The notes below the pieces were generated by a model. That model did not search any database, was not told where the DNA came from, and saw only the letters and a list, made by a program, of their open reading frames with translations. This document shows positions 24,692 through 40,513 of a stretch of DNA of 64,000 nt, in pieces. The translations under genes and the position numbers were made by a program. Position 1 is the first letter of the stretch; each line of letters starts with the position of its first letter. The stretch is from Ancylonema sp. (lineage: Eukaryota): positions 62,001-126,000 of the forward strand of contig JBFLGF010000014.1 in the NCBI GenBank assembly GCA_050230475.1. Direction: 5' to 3'.

Positions 24692-26398
24692 ATGAGGATC
24701 GCAGTTGCCCGGACGTTATCAAGAGCATCAAATCTTGTTGCGAAAAGATTGAACGGGACTCCTCGTGCAGGTTATCATTCTTTCTCTCAATACCAGCTCC
24801 CTGCACTAAATACGGTCTGTTAAAAGAGCGGCAAATCGAGATTTGATCTTTTTTTGGTTACATTTCGTGCCTTCGTGCTTTCGTGCTTTCTTTGTGATAC
24901 TCAAAATATCTGAATTTTGTCTCATAGAATATAACGTGTTGAGTTGGTGGCCGAGCAGGGAGGGCAGTCGGTGCTGCAATTGCTGTTAATGGCGGAAATG
25001 CAACCCACTTCATGAAAGCAGCATCTTCACCTGAAGCCACCGCGACCTGGTTGCTTCCAGCCGCTGTTGCAGGTGATAACACTTCGTACTTAAATGATAC
25101 GTTTCACACTTGATTGCTACATTTCAACGTCAAAAATGCTTTGAGTGGAAGCTGGCTGCCTATCTAGCGTCACTTCGTGACTTCACATGTTTGACTTGTA
25201 ACATTGTTACATCTCACTCACTACAAATTTCCCTAGTCGGGGTTTTTCCGGTTGTCAGCTTTCGTTTCTTCTCAGATCGCTCAATGTGGGGAAGTGGAGC
25301 AAACTTTCATCATGATTAAGCCCGATGGCTTTCAGCGTGGCTTGGTATGTTCGTGCTCGTCCTGTACTATGATGTTTATCTGCTTAAAGTGTTGTTTCTA
25401 CTTCTGCTTTCTTTCTACCAGGGCAATTGCAACCTGAAGCTGAGTTCTCGTTTTTATCACAGATCGCTGAAATCATTGGACGATTCGAGAGGAAGGGGTA
25501 CAAACTTGTTGGCATCAAGGTCAGATTCTCTGTATGTATGCGAGTACTCGCTGTCATATTAGTATTGATGTCTATTTTACATGTCAAGTTGTGCCATGCT
25601 ATCTTACTTTTCGTCAGATAATATGAATCCTGAAAGCATTTGCACACTCAAAGCTGAATTGTTTCGGCCAAGACCGAATTCTCTGACCTGTACTGACGTC
25701 TCGAACTGGAAGGCACTTATTGCAGGTCGTTATCCCATCAAAAAGTTTTGCAGAACAGCACTATCATGATCTGAAAGGGCGTGCGTTCTTCAACGGGCTT
25801 ACTGACTTCTTAAGCTCTGGGCCCGTTGTCGCCATGGTAATCTACTTATGCTACTGGGTGGAGATCTGTATGTTCTGTTGCATGAGTCCAGGTACTAACT
25901 GAAATCGGGTTGGGGGCTGGCAGGTGTGGGAAGGGCCAGGTGAGCCTACCTTACTTAGCAGCAAGCGTCCAGAAAACGGGGAAAATATAATGGCGGTCAG
26001 GAAAGTCCATTGACTCGCCCTGTGGCAACTTGCATGGCAGGTGTCATTCAGTACGGACGCAAGCTGATCGGAAAAACGAGTCCCCAGGCCTCAGAGCCTG
26101 GAACGATTCGTGGGGATTTGGCTGTCCTTGTTGGCAGGTACACATGCGGGCTATACATAATTGTCGTCCTCAATTGCAAAATTTTCTTGATTGTGCAATC
26201 TTCTTGTTTTCTCATTCATTCAGCGCTTCCTTCGGGATACTCGGCTCAAAGCAATCTGTGATTCGTGTCATGCTTTTCAGAAACATCATCCATGGGTCTG
26301 ATGGGCCTGATACTGCCAAGGAGGAAATCAAGCTATGGTTCAAACCTGAGGAAGTTGTCGACTTCACCCTCGATGCTCACAAATGGGTGTACGAGTAA
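24692..26398 (+). CDS. NDPK3: Nucleoside diphosphate kinase, organellar (NDPK3-like), multi-exon
   Basis: Transit-peptide-like start [64 protein letters not shown]; catalytic NIIHGSD. Acceptors of exons 2-3 are approximate. Confidence 0.93.
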
Positions 26399-26505
26399 TT
26401 GGTCAGTGCCCCACACACCACTACCTCCCACATCTCCTCGCACATCAACATCTCCTTACCCCGATATATGTCCATGTAGGTGGTGTTTGACAATCGTCTA
26501 GCAAA

Positions 26506-26539
26506 TGATTGCTGATTGCTGATTGCTGATTGCTGATTG
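26506..26539 (+). repeat. (TGATTGC)n heptamer tandem repeat downstream of the NDPK stop
   Basis: About 5 copies read directly. Confidence 0.9.
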
Positions 26540-29060
26540 TTGTTCAAATTGTAGGTACTGAAGACCAATATTTTATTGATGATATTTCACCTGGCCATGG
26601 TACTTTTATTTCATTTGAATTATTTGTCAATGCTTGCGTTGTGCCTCTCGGACGTACATGCAAGAAGCCCTAGTGATTCGCGAACAAATTTATCCAATTC
26701 GACTGGATAGTAAATTGGGTACAAAAAGAATTGAACTTCATTGTATCAATTGATCGTGTTTGTTTGTTTGAAACATCTTCTTTTGAATCCATTATGAAGT
26801 AGTAACATGTAACAAAGTATGTCATTGAGTTGGCAAAGCACACCTTTAAAATCTATTGCCTTGACACACACATTCAGATTTACTTGCTGGGCCCAACTCA
26901 GTCACATGTGATCCTTGAAGAAGATAGCAATTATCACGGGCATAGTTGTGCATATCATTTGCGGTTGCTGGAGTGGGTTCACTGTGTGTTGGGATGCCAG
27001 AGATTCTCGGGTAATGTTGATTTACCCGAGTGCATTAGTGTTGATGACACAAGGCAATGGACGACAATAAACACTTGCCTCTGAAGAAATAATACCCACC
27101 GTCGGGTCACTAAAGAGGTTTAAAAAAAAAACACAAGTGGTCAATCGCGCACCCTAACACAGAGTCATATTTTTTCCTTTATTTTCGAAAGTAACACATC
27201 GACATCGGCTTGACTTGACGAGGTGTCCATTTTTTTTTAAAATGGGAAAGTGTCTCAAATATCGATTATTGATTTCCAAATAGTGTTTGACTCTTTCGAA
27301 TGATAACACACACATTCAACACCAATATGACCACACAAATAGTGTCGTCATGATTTATCCATGACCCATCAACCGTACTCTTGTAGATCATTGATCGTTT
27401 CATCCTTTAGGCAATTGAAGTTGATCCACCAAAATCATGTGATTTTTTTAAATATTTGTATTAAAATATCATCGGCCAATCTGAGTGACTTTGCTCATGC
27501 TGCACTAGTCGTGCGTAATTGAATTCTTGCCAAACCGCTCTACCTCAAACCGGTCTTTTTTGTAGGGGAGCCTCCAAGATCTCATTCTAAGGCATTTTTC
27601 GCTTCAAAAATATGATGTTTTTGATAAAATATTACACCTTATCAAATTTTCTTATGGGTTTGCAATCTGAATAATTGTACCTTGGCAATTGTCACATGAT
27701 CGCATTCTGGATTGTTGATGCAACCTCTTCCGGTCTCGCAACCTCCCCTATGACTGCTTTGAGTTCGCTACCTCTCTCGATCCCGAACTCTATTTTGTTT
27801 GCCCAAGCCAGATAAACCTTATAGATTATCACACCCCCCTCGGTTTAGTGTTATCTTATGTCTTGTCTTTCGTCCGATTTACAGTGCGTTTTCAATTTTT
27901 TTTTCTCACAATCGAAATGCATCGTGTTTCCACTTCTCAACATCTAATGCGAGTCCTTTCGCAAATTATTAAGAATTTTCGTGCGTTTACGGCCGTATTT
28001 TGTTACTTTTGTAAAAACAACAAATAAACCGGTGGTGAGCCGTGCCATACTTGGGTCCCGGAAAACCTTGTCTAAGACAAGTCCCGCATTTGTCCCGGAC
28101 ATGTCATGTTTACAATGATACGAAAACATATCAGACTGTAACGAGTTCATCACACGAATTGCACTTACCTTTAAATTTGCCGTTTTTTTTCGAGTCAATT
28201 TTTTTAAATGACTCTTAAGAGACGCCACCAATGCAAAATCTATTGTTATAAAATTGTTCTTGAGGTGTTCCCCTATATGTTTGTATGCGAGTGTAACATG
28301 TTGTCCCATGATCTGTCGGCCTGTTGTACTCCACATCGAACTATCGCCGCAAAGTTAATATAGTACAAGCTCCACTGTTGTGGTTTGTGGCGCTCCACAC
28401 AAATATTTGATAGTGATTTTCAGGGGGACCGCACGCGAAGTACCTTGGCAATTTATTACGGGATTTCGGTTGGAAAAGTCGGGCAAAGGTTTCTTTTCAA
28501 ACGGGAGCGGGTTAATATATGCCTCAAAAGGTGGACTTGGAATGAAATGAAGAGCTAGGTCGGTTGCGATGAGTAGTGTAGCATTGATTGATCAAGTTAA
28601 TTATTTTTCTTTCATAAAACTTTCTTAGTGACTAATTTGTTGTCTCTCATAGATGTGCTTAACCATGTCCCTGCGATGTGCTACTTGCTAATATAACCAG
28701 TGCAAGCTTTTGGAACAAACCATCATGATGGCGATCAACATGTCCTTCTAACTATTTCACGAATGACTATGTGGATCGGACTCTCAAATCGGGTACGGTC
28801 GAACTTTTGGTCGAAGACAACATTGTTCACTACAACATTTTCACGTTGATAAGAGGGTCAATAATATTTGCAACTCTTTCTATAAAGTTACGAGGTTACC
28901 GGATACACATGCCAACCAACTTATATAAAAAAAAAACTTATGTCAAACTCCATATCTATTTCTTAAAAAACATGGGAACCCCACATCCACAATTGACCAC
29001 ACGCACGCGCATACGATACTCGCATGACCGAACATGGGTACCCGCTATGTTACCAAAAAG

Positions 29061-29860
29061 CATAGTTGGCCCCGCCCCGGGCGGGCCCGCCCGGGGAGGA
29101 AAGTGGGGCGGAAATTGCGGGGCGGGGCCAACGGCCTGAATACTTTTTTTTTTTTTTGTCGCAATGCGGAGATATGGTAGGTATTGTTCAAAATGACTTC
29201 TTGCGTAGTGTACGCCATACGCTATACGTCCAACATCATCTAATGTATCCATGAGTCCGTCTCCGTGGCGTGGCGTGGTATAATGGGATAAAAATAAAAG
29301 ACAAAAAAATAAAATTTGAGATATAGAAAAGAATATTACCCGGGTAAAGATCGCAACCGTACTTAGTGATATAAAATCTCGAATAGTTGTCGGATTTGAT
29401 TTTTAAAAAGATGTACATGATCTACGTGGTCTTGGGATCCTTTTACAAAAAGGGAGAGACTGCGGGCACCCCCCAAAGCGACTGCGGGCACCCCCCTCCC
29501 GACATCCCGAAGTCTCTCCATTTGTTAAACTCTACATTGATCGGAAATAAGCAAAAAAAAATATCTAATATTTACTTCGTAATCCCTTATACAATACGCA
29601 AAAAAAAATAAAAAAAAATCACAAATCAGGTCGAAGCTATAATTTCTTGAACATATTTTCAAGGGAAAGACTGCGGGACTGTCGGAGGGGGGTGCCCGCA
29701 GTCGCTTGGGGGGGTGCCCGCAATCTCTCCCTTACAAAAAAACCTAAAAAACTTTTCTGGCCCCACCCCGGGAGGAGAATTTTTCGCCCGGGGCGCCGCC
29801 CGGGGCGGACTCGCTCGGGGTGAAAAGCGGGGCGGGATTTGCGGGGCGGAGCCAAGTATG
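29061..29860. mobile_element. hAT-type MITE carrying a nested MULE MITE
   Basis: TIR CATA(G/C)TTGGC(C/T)CCGCCCCG; 8-bp flanks CCAAAAAG/CCTGAAAG. Confidence 0.7.
29452..29731. mobile_element. Mutator-like MITE
   Basis: ~50-bp TIR GGGAGAGACTGCGGGCACCCCCC... and a perfect 9-bp TSD TTACAAAAA. Confidence 0.9.
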
Positions 29861-29914
29861 CCTGAAAGTCCACAAACGATTTGCCACTTTTACTTTTCAT
29901 TACCCTTTTCTTTA

Positions 29915-30577
29915 TGGAGTTGTTAGGGACAAGGCAAGAAGTGTTAGGGACAAGGCAAGGTCGTATTCGACCGAATCTCAATATCTGTGCGACGCAACTC
30001 AAACAATTATGGGCCGCACGTTTTGAATCCTGACTAGGACAAACTGTCGTATTGTGAAGAAACTATATTTTCGGCGCGACACGGTTGAAATAGACGACAG
30101 TCGGACGGCCGGCTGTCGGCCTGCCGGTCATTTGGCTACTAATTTGAGGGTTATGCATCACGGCGGGTCCGCCTGCCAGATCTGGGAGTTACGGGCTACG
30201 ATCGAATACGGGTACGGGTTTTGGCTGTCCTCCTTCGAGATCCAAGAACTGTCGGGGAGCGGGTTATGGAGCACGTGCTGTGTACGGTACAGGGGTCACT
30301 CCCGTGCCCATAACTCTGAAATAACCATTTTAACTCGCAGATCTCCAAGGCCGACGGCCGTCAGACCAACCAACTTGTACGGAAACAATTTTGAAACGTC
30401 GGGTTCGGCGTCAGGCGTCGCCGACGGCCAGGATTCAGAATCGCAATTCAGAATCGCAATTCAATTCTGGGCCGTCGCACGGCCCAGAATTGGGGTGGGT
30501 CGCGGAGAAATCAAGATTCGGTCGAATACGACCTTGCCTTGTCCCAAACACTTCTTGCCTTGTCCCTAACAATTCCC
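29915..30577. mobile_element. Mutator-like non-autonomous element with long TIRs
   Basis: TIR of at least 60 bp (GGAGTTGTTAGGGACAAGGCAAG...); 9-bp flanks TTTTCTTTA/TTTTGTTTA. Confidence 0.85.
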
Positions 30578-30608
30578 TTTTGTTTACGGCCACCCAACAG
30601 CTCCACCC

Positions 30609-31110
30609 GACTTTGGGCGAGTGTAATTATTAACAAACCTCTCAAACCTGATAACTACTAATTGTCCCTGGTCCCGCCTATATGCTAATTAACGTGCTAA
30701 TTAATAATGTACGGAATCCGTACGTATCCGTTCAAAATATTTGTACGAATTAGGGATTAAAAATGTTGGTTAGGTTGATGAAAATAAAAAAACCGCAATT
30801 AAAAATCGGATTTTCGTTTAAAAAACCGAATTTTGAAAAAAAGGGGTTATTTTGTAGAGGATTGCGGGGTAACTAATATGGAGGGTTGGCTCAAGGTTAG
30901 AACTACGTTTCTATCATTCTGATTATGATTATGACTACGAGAAAGTACACGATTGGGTTGATTTCGACCTGAATATAAACCCGTTGCCCCTCGTATTCAC
31001 ATATAAACTAGTTTCAGGTCATTTGGAACCGATCCTGTCTTAGGTAATAACCTGTCTTAATTAATAATATTTTCCGGTCCCGACATTATTCATTAAGACA
31101 AGTTTTACTG
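30609..31110. mobile_element. Tc1/pogo-like MITE, partial; inverted paralog of 21949-23587
   Basis: Ends ...GACAAGTTTTACTG|TA and is colinear in reverse complement with 21955-22180 plus 23230-23515. Confidence 0.75.
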
Positions 31111-32888
31111 TACCGCGTTACAGGGGAACCTCGTCATTAGCGAAAATCCTTGTCACGTCATCCTCCTCGGCCAGTTGTCCGGCAGGGTTCCTCTCACTGC
31201 GGGCCATGAGTTCACGATTTACCCGCTCTTCACTAATCCTTGTCTGCTTTGACAGCGGAAAGGTGGATTTGAATGCCCTTTCCAGCAGGTTTCAGTAACG
31301 ATTTGAATTACTAAATTTGAGCGACAGAAATAATTATTGGTCCAGAAATTGATATTGACCCCAAAAGTCGCGCGACTGCCGAAAGAAGCTAAAAAAAAAT
31401 GACCAATTTCTATTTTTATTTTTTCGAGAAGGTAGCCACTGTCCGAAGCAATCGATCCGTGAAAGTTTCAGATTGAATGGCGTAGAATCCACATGATGCG
31501 GACAAATCGTGTTAGGACCCCCGACTAACGAGGAGAAGTGGGCCACGCTGTGCTGCGCAGCGTGGTCCTCTCTCTGGCATGCCCTGTGGTGCATATATTT
31601 GTGAAGCGCGCTACACGTGTGAACATTTCATAATGCCTGGCCATCACGATTCCTTAATACCTACCCCCCCCCAGGTATTAAGGAATTGACGAGTTTTGTT
31701 AGAGCCCGCATCATACGGATAATGGCTGCCCATTATCTCCACAACGCGACAAACAACTAGGGTGTATTTTTGCTTGAAACCCCCAGTTTGTGAATTTATG
31801 GAGACCGCACAGGGTTTCGATAATGGCCAGCCATTATAGAATTTGGCAAAAAGAATTCTCGAATCTTATTGGTCAGCGTCTCGGAATTATGGAAACGGTT
31901 TTCCGCTCGCTAATTGCCGACATTTACGACTAATGCCCAGCCATTACGACCAACAGTAAGAGCATAGCTTATGGGACTGAGGATTCGTCGACTTTGGTTG
32001 GGGAGACCCCCTAAATCAATCGAATCCCCAACCAACATGAAACTAAATCGTCAAATCGCTTCTTATCGGAACCAAAGTGATTTGAAAATCCATTTTGAAA
32101 ATCGTCAGAGTTATTTTCCTGAGGATTTGGGGCCTGAATCCTCAGGAAAATCACTTTGGGGATTTCTTGTGAGGATTTTTGAGCCAATCAGAGCAGAGTC
32201 GACCAGCCGGAAAAGGACGCTGTCCGTACGCTCAAATTTAAAGTGCGCAGCTCCCGCAACCAATGAGACACGTTTATTTCTGCGAGTATTTAAAGAATCT
32301 AAGCAACTTCATGTGTGACGCGTTGGATGCGTTGTTTCGGTCCGCAAGGCTATATCTTACCGTCCGATATGTCAAATGCTAATGATTGATCCAGGTCCGA
32401 TGCTTCATTTTACGCCACCGTGGCACGGAATTCGGAGATCGGCGGAGCTCCATAAGCAGTACGAGACGGCAGACCGTACATATTCACGTTTTTCAGGTTG
32501 GGGATTTCGAGAAAGCCGTACAGTGCTTTTTCATTTCTCCCCAACCAAACTCGGCGAATCCTCAGTCCCATAAGCTATGCTCTAATCATGACATAATGCC
32601 TGCCCATCACGATTTTGCCAAATTATGGAAACCGCAATTGTAACCGTACCAACCACGATGGGGTGGCGCGACGACGGCTGGCAGTGGAATACACGGATGG
32701 CGATTGGCCGACCGCCGACCGATAGAATCCTGGCGGTGGCACCCCCACCCAACTTGTATGAGCCCCGGAGCAGCAAGTATTCTGATGGTAGAACACCAGC
32801 CTTGCTGAGGTACTGATTGTTCTCTGACAACTTTTCCTTTCACGTTTCTCCTCATCCTTTCACAATCTCCAGTACCCAAATCGTAATC

Positions 32889-36102
<3,214 letters not shown>

Positions 36103-37476
36103 TTGCGGGTCAGTGTTGAAGGGGAGACAGCCCCCTAAGGGGTCACAAAGGATGCGCTCTAGTCCTTTCTACACACTCTAAAGTCATCGCTGTCATCACC
36201 AGGCTGGCAGAAAGGAGATGATTTGCGAATCTCTCTCTGTTGGTCTAGTGAGTGATCGACATGAAGTGATAGTACCCGGGTACTGCCCGGGGCTGGGACG
36301 AGGAGAGGGACCGAAGTTTTTCATCCCTCGCCCAAGGTGCGACGGGAACAGATTGGGGTTCTGCAGGTGTGCGGGCTGGTGGCACACTCTGTTGTTGATC
36401 TGGGTGGGGGGCGAGCTGGAGGCTTTTTTTTGTTAAACGACGCGATGGGTGCGATTTTCGTTGCTGGCGGTTAAGGCCACTGTTCTGTGTGGTATGTGAG
36501 GGGGACAACTAGTGGACGTGGAGGAAGATGGGCCGAGGAAGGGATTGCCGTACGAGGATTGGGAATCTTAGTGTTTATGAGCAGCTGGGTTTACGTCCCT
36601 GTACAGGTTTTGTAAATAGAGTGCCTTGCATGCAGAGGTTTGTAGAAGGGATGAGTGGTTGCAAATGTACGCATTTCGTCAATCAATAGTTTTTTATGTT
36701 TGTTTTAGCGTTCATATTCTGCAAGTGCGCCCAAACACCCGGGGCCCAGAACGTCAGGATGAATAAAATCGGAGCCTGTATTGTCTTTCTCTTTCTTCTT
36801 TGCATAAGATAGGCGGGAGAAGGTTGTCGTTGTTGTCGGACACAAGGTGACTCAACTTTGACTCTTTCGGGTTCCAAATATACATTTCTGAAATCCCAGA
36901 TTCCATGTGTATGTCAAATTTTGGTCGGTTCCATACTTGTTTTGGCCATCTATGGTCCCGGAGACTAATTGTGAGTTGTGCTCCATACAATCGCAAGTTT
37001 GAGATGGTGTCAGAAGACGTTCAAGGATACGACCGTCTGTTCCTATTCGTGATATGCATTTGATTGACTGAATTATTGTATTGAAGAGGCAGGCAGTATG
37101 AACAGAGAACACAAACTAAATTTTGTGATAGGATGTAGAACTGGTGAAAGCAAGCAAAGAACACCACACACGTTCAATATTCAAGTACTTGTTGTATTTA
37201 AATCATCTCCACCATATGTGCATTGACTCACACTTATCTCTGTAAAGACTGAAGCAGACACACTTGTAGAGATGGTAAATCCGAAAATCTCATTGGCCAC
37301 CACCTTAGACAAAAATTTCAGGCCTAGTGCTAGGACAGGGCGGACGTGGCCATATGGTCTATCACACTCTTGTAGACAAGTGATGTAGGAATGTTTATCA
37401 GTTTTTGCTCTCACTTGGCAATCTTCAGAATATGCGGTTCAGCTTTCTCATGGTCAGCTTTCTCCTGACATATCCT

Positions 37477-37747
37477 CATAGTTGCGTCCCGGACCGTCCG
37501 GGGATTTCCGGACGCGTCCGAAACGCGTCCGGTACGCGTCCGGGCCCGGACGCCAGAGCCAAAATCTGATATTCATATATTTGGAACCCCCATATTCGTG
37601 TAACTTCAGGATGCAAACCTTTTTTTTTTTTGTACATCTTAGTTGCGTCCCGGACCGTCCGGAGATCCTCGGACGCATCCGGGACGCATCAGGGGGTGGA
37701 CGTGTCCGGGACGCGTCTGGCATCCTCGCGTCCGGGACGCAACTATG
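37477..37747. mobile_element. hAT-type MITE
   Basis: TIR CATAGTTGCGTCCCGGAC; perfect 8-bp TSD CATATCCT; internal CCGGACG/CGTCCGG repeats. Confidence 0.92.
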
Positions 37748-38784
37748 CATATCCTTGACCACCGCTACTGTCATCCTCTTTCAGATGTTCCAGCTCAGCT
37801 TAAAACACTAATTGTCCGTGGATGCATCATAAGTGTGCATCAATCCAAACCTCAAAATCCGCTTTCTCCCTGAGCGGCACACCGACAATTTCAGAGTCCG
37901 GGTGTGCAGGCACAATTCATTAATGCACACTGCACTCAGCAGATATATCAACAGTATTCTAAGGCCAGGTTGCTTTGTTACAGGTCGGGGTGTAGCAAAC
38001 CCGAATCCAACCATTGATCACTCATCACTTTGGTTACAACCTCAAAAAACCACAACACAAAACTGATGTTTTATTTGTATAACAAGTGCATTAATGTACA
38101 ATGACAGAATATTCAAGAACAGGCAACCAGGCCTCCCACACACAGAACCACTTGAGAACCACACCTTCTAACCTGAAAATCCAGGGAGCCACAGCAGCCT
38201 CCTAGCAGCTACATAGCCTGCTTTGATAATACAACCAGCAAGACATGCCAAGAAGAAAATGCTACCGTGATGTACACTTGTCTTCTGCATCCCTGCCCTT
38301 TGCCACCCCAGGACGGCTCTAGAAACTTCTGACAGAGACATTCTACATACCCGCTTGGAAGGGCTAGGAAGTGAAAGATTTCCTGTGGTATTAAAGGTAC
38401 AAGTCTCCTGTCCAGGTGCCTGAAGGAAGCATCACATGCAAAACATGAAGGGCAATGGGAAGTTCTATCGAGACACAATCCCTCATCGTTCACAGCGCTT
38501 GCAATTTGCGTCAGTCTCACCACGAGCAGATGATTGAAAGGGAAAGAGACATTGCTCCGCAAGAAGATTTCTCCCTCGAATTCCGACATTGCTGGCTAAA
38601 CCAAATGAGGAAGTTTCGTATCATGGTGCCGTGTTGCCAGTTTTGATGAATCCCTACAATACTGAAGGTTTGTTTGCCATCTTCTATGGAATCAATGTCT
38701 ACGCTACGCACATCGTGCCTCACATTCACACCCCTTCCCCATAGAACCTTTGCCAGCTCCTGCACATGACACCGAGGTTCTCGG

Positions 38785-39564
38785 TCACCCGTCCAGAAAC
38801 CCTGTTTGCCGCAGCACTGCCGTACGGACACCAGTCAAATCCCGCCCACGAAGAGTTCTACCCACGCCCTCATAAACTGAGAAGGTGACGCTTTGAGAGT
38901 ACTCCCGTGCCATTAGCTCGTGCGGAGGCACCATCGCCTTGTCACCCTGCTCGTCTTCCGAATCATCGTTGACGAAGGAGGGAGCATACTTTAAACCTGA
39001 TGTTTTAGACCAGTCTGGAACATTTACCGGAGCTGATTGGCGTCTCGTTAGTCGGTTTGACAAAGAGGCAGGGGTAAGCTGTGGAATGATTCGCAAGGGA
39101 GTGGACACTCGAAGAGGGTCTGCCATCGCGGGACTGCCACCACCTTCATGGACACCATGACCATTGCTGTGCGATTCACCATCTTGTCCTCCCAGTCTAT
39201 CCCACACTTCTGAAACCCCGTTTGCCAGCCCGGAAAAAGCGGATGACTTTTCCCATGGCCCTCGGCTAGATACTCTGCCAGTCGCATTGAAAACATCAAG
39301 CGTTGCAGTGCCATCTCTCGATGCTTCCTCGACTTTCTGCCGTAAGCGGCCTCCAGGTTCATCATCTGCGTCCGAGCCATCTACCTCTGCGTCAAGACCG
39401 CCTCCCCAAACGTCTTCTTCCCGCAGGTCATCTTCCGGGCTGGTGCCGCCGAGAAAACTGCTGTTCGAGCGGACACTGGGAGAAGCAAGAGAAGTTCCCA
39501 GCAAGTCGCCCGCACTGTACGCTGGCGGCTTGCGGCCAAGACGATCTCGAACATGCAATTCCAT
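38785..39564 (-). CDS. Senescence regulator S40 (DUF584) family protein, single coding exon
   Basis: EDDLREEDVW; RQSAPVNVPDWSK; MVPPHELMAR; FSVYEGVGRTLRGRDL..VRTAVLRQTGFLD. First ATG at 39564. Confidence 0.93.
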   Translation of the reverse strand: MELHVRDRLGRKPPAYSAGDLLGTSLASPSVRSNSSFLGGTSPEDDLREEDVWGGGLDAEVDGSDADDEPGGRLRQKVEEASRDGTATLDVFNATGRVSSRGPWEKSSAFSGLANGVSEVWDRLGGQDGESHSNGHGVHEGGGSPAMADPLRVSTPLRIIPQLTPASLSNRLTRRQSAPVNVPDWSKTSGLKYAPSFVNDDSEDEQGDKAMVPPHELMAREYSQSVTFSVYEGVGRTLRGRDLTGVRTAVLRQTGFLDG

Positions 39565-39945
39565 CGTTCGCTTCACCCTCCGACCACCTCCCGTTCACTA
39601 AAAGATAAGATAGATGATGAGCTAGTCCTTGTATGATTGTGGATAACGATTTGCTTCTGGCTGCTGTCAAGGTTTTGTACGCAGATTTCGGTGCTTTCGT
39701 ACTTCAACACTTGTGCTGGAGAACATTACTAGGTTGGCAGCATGCCTGCGTCAGTGCTCTCGTGGCGGACGGTTTGGATCGCAGCATCCGTTCTGCTGAG
39801 TTGCTGCCATCGGAACTGCTGCCCGGGAAAGTTCTCCCAACAGCTTGCCGGAACGTCCGTCCTGCTCCCCTGGAACACCGGAATGAGCTCAAAGTCAGAT
39901 CACAGTGGGCTCGCAGTGGGCCCGATAAGGGTTGAAGTGGGGATA

Positions 39946-40513
39946 CAGTGCTCCCTCGATATAACGACAATTTTTTTTCCCATAAAAGTGTCGTTATATC
40001 GCGGTGTCGTTATACACTGTATAACGACAATTACCACTAGAATCTGAAATCTATGTCGTTGTATCGAGGGCTTTTGCGAATGAAGCAAAGTGAATAAGCA
40101 AATGTGTTTATTATGTGTTTCCTAGAGTAAGTTGCCTTGGCATGATTATTAAATTCAGCGTGTGTATCTATACAAGTGCGTCATGATACCAATACATGCG
40201 GATGGACAAAATATACCACAAAATTTTACGAGGAGATTTGGGGTTGTTACAAAGCAACACTGGACACGCACATTCTCTTGGACCTAAACAAAATTATGTA
40301 CAAAATTTGAGGTGCCGTTCTATATTTTTCTCGATTTCCATACACACTATAACGACATTCAGTAACATTTTTTTGAAACAATTTGTCATTATATAGAGTG
40401 TCGTTATGCTTATATCGAGGGCGATTTCATATTGATTTTAACAAAGTTCCAAAAAACTGTCGTTATATCGAGGTTGTCGTTGTATCGAGGGTCGCTATAT
40501 CGAGGGAGCACTG
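39946..40513. mobile_element. pogo/Tigger-like MITE
   Basis: Perfect 18-bp TIR CAGTGCTCCCTCGATATA; TA flanks; subterminal GTCGTTATATCG repeats. Confidence 0.92.

Noticed and set aside
27944..28336. 130-aa minus-strand ORF
   Set aside because: No recognisable motifs, and it lies in AT-rich, repeat-like intergenic DNA.
31612..31950. Spaced palindromic repeats as a CRISPR array
   Set aside because: The context is eukaryotic, the repeats are short and degenerate, spacing is irregular and there are no cas genes.
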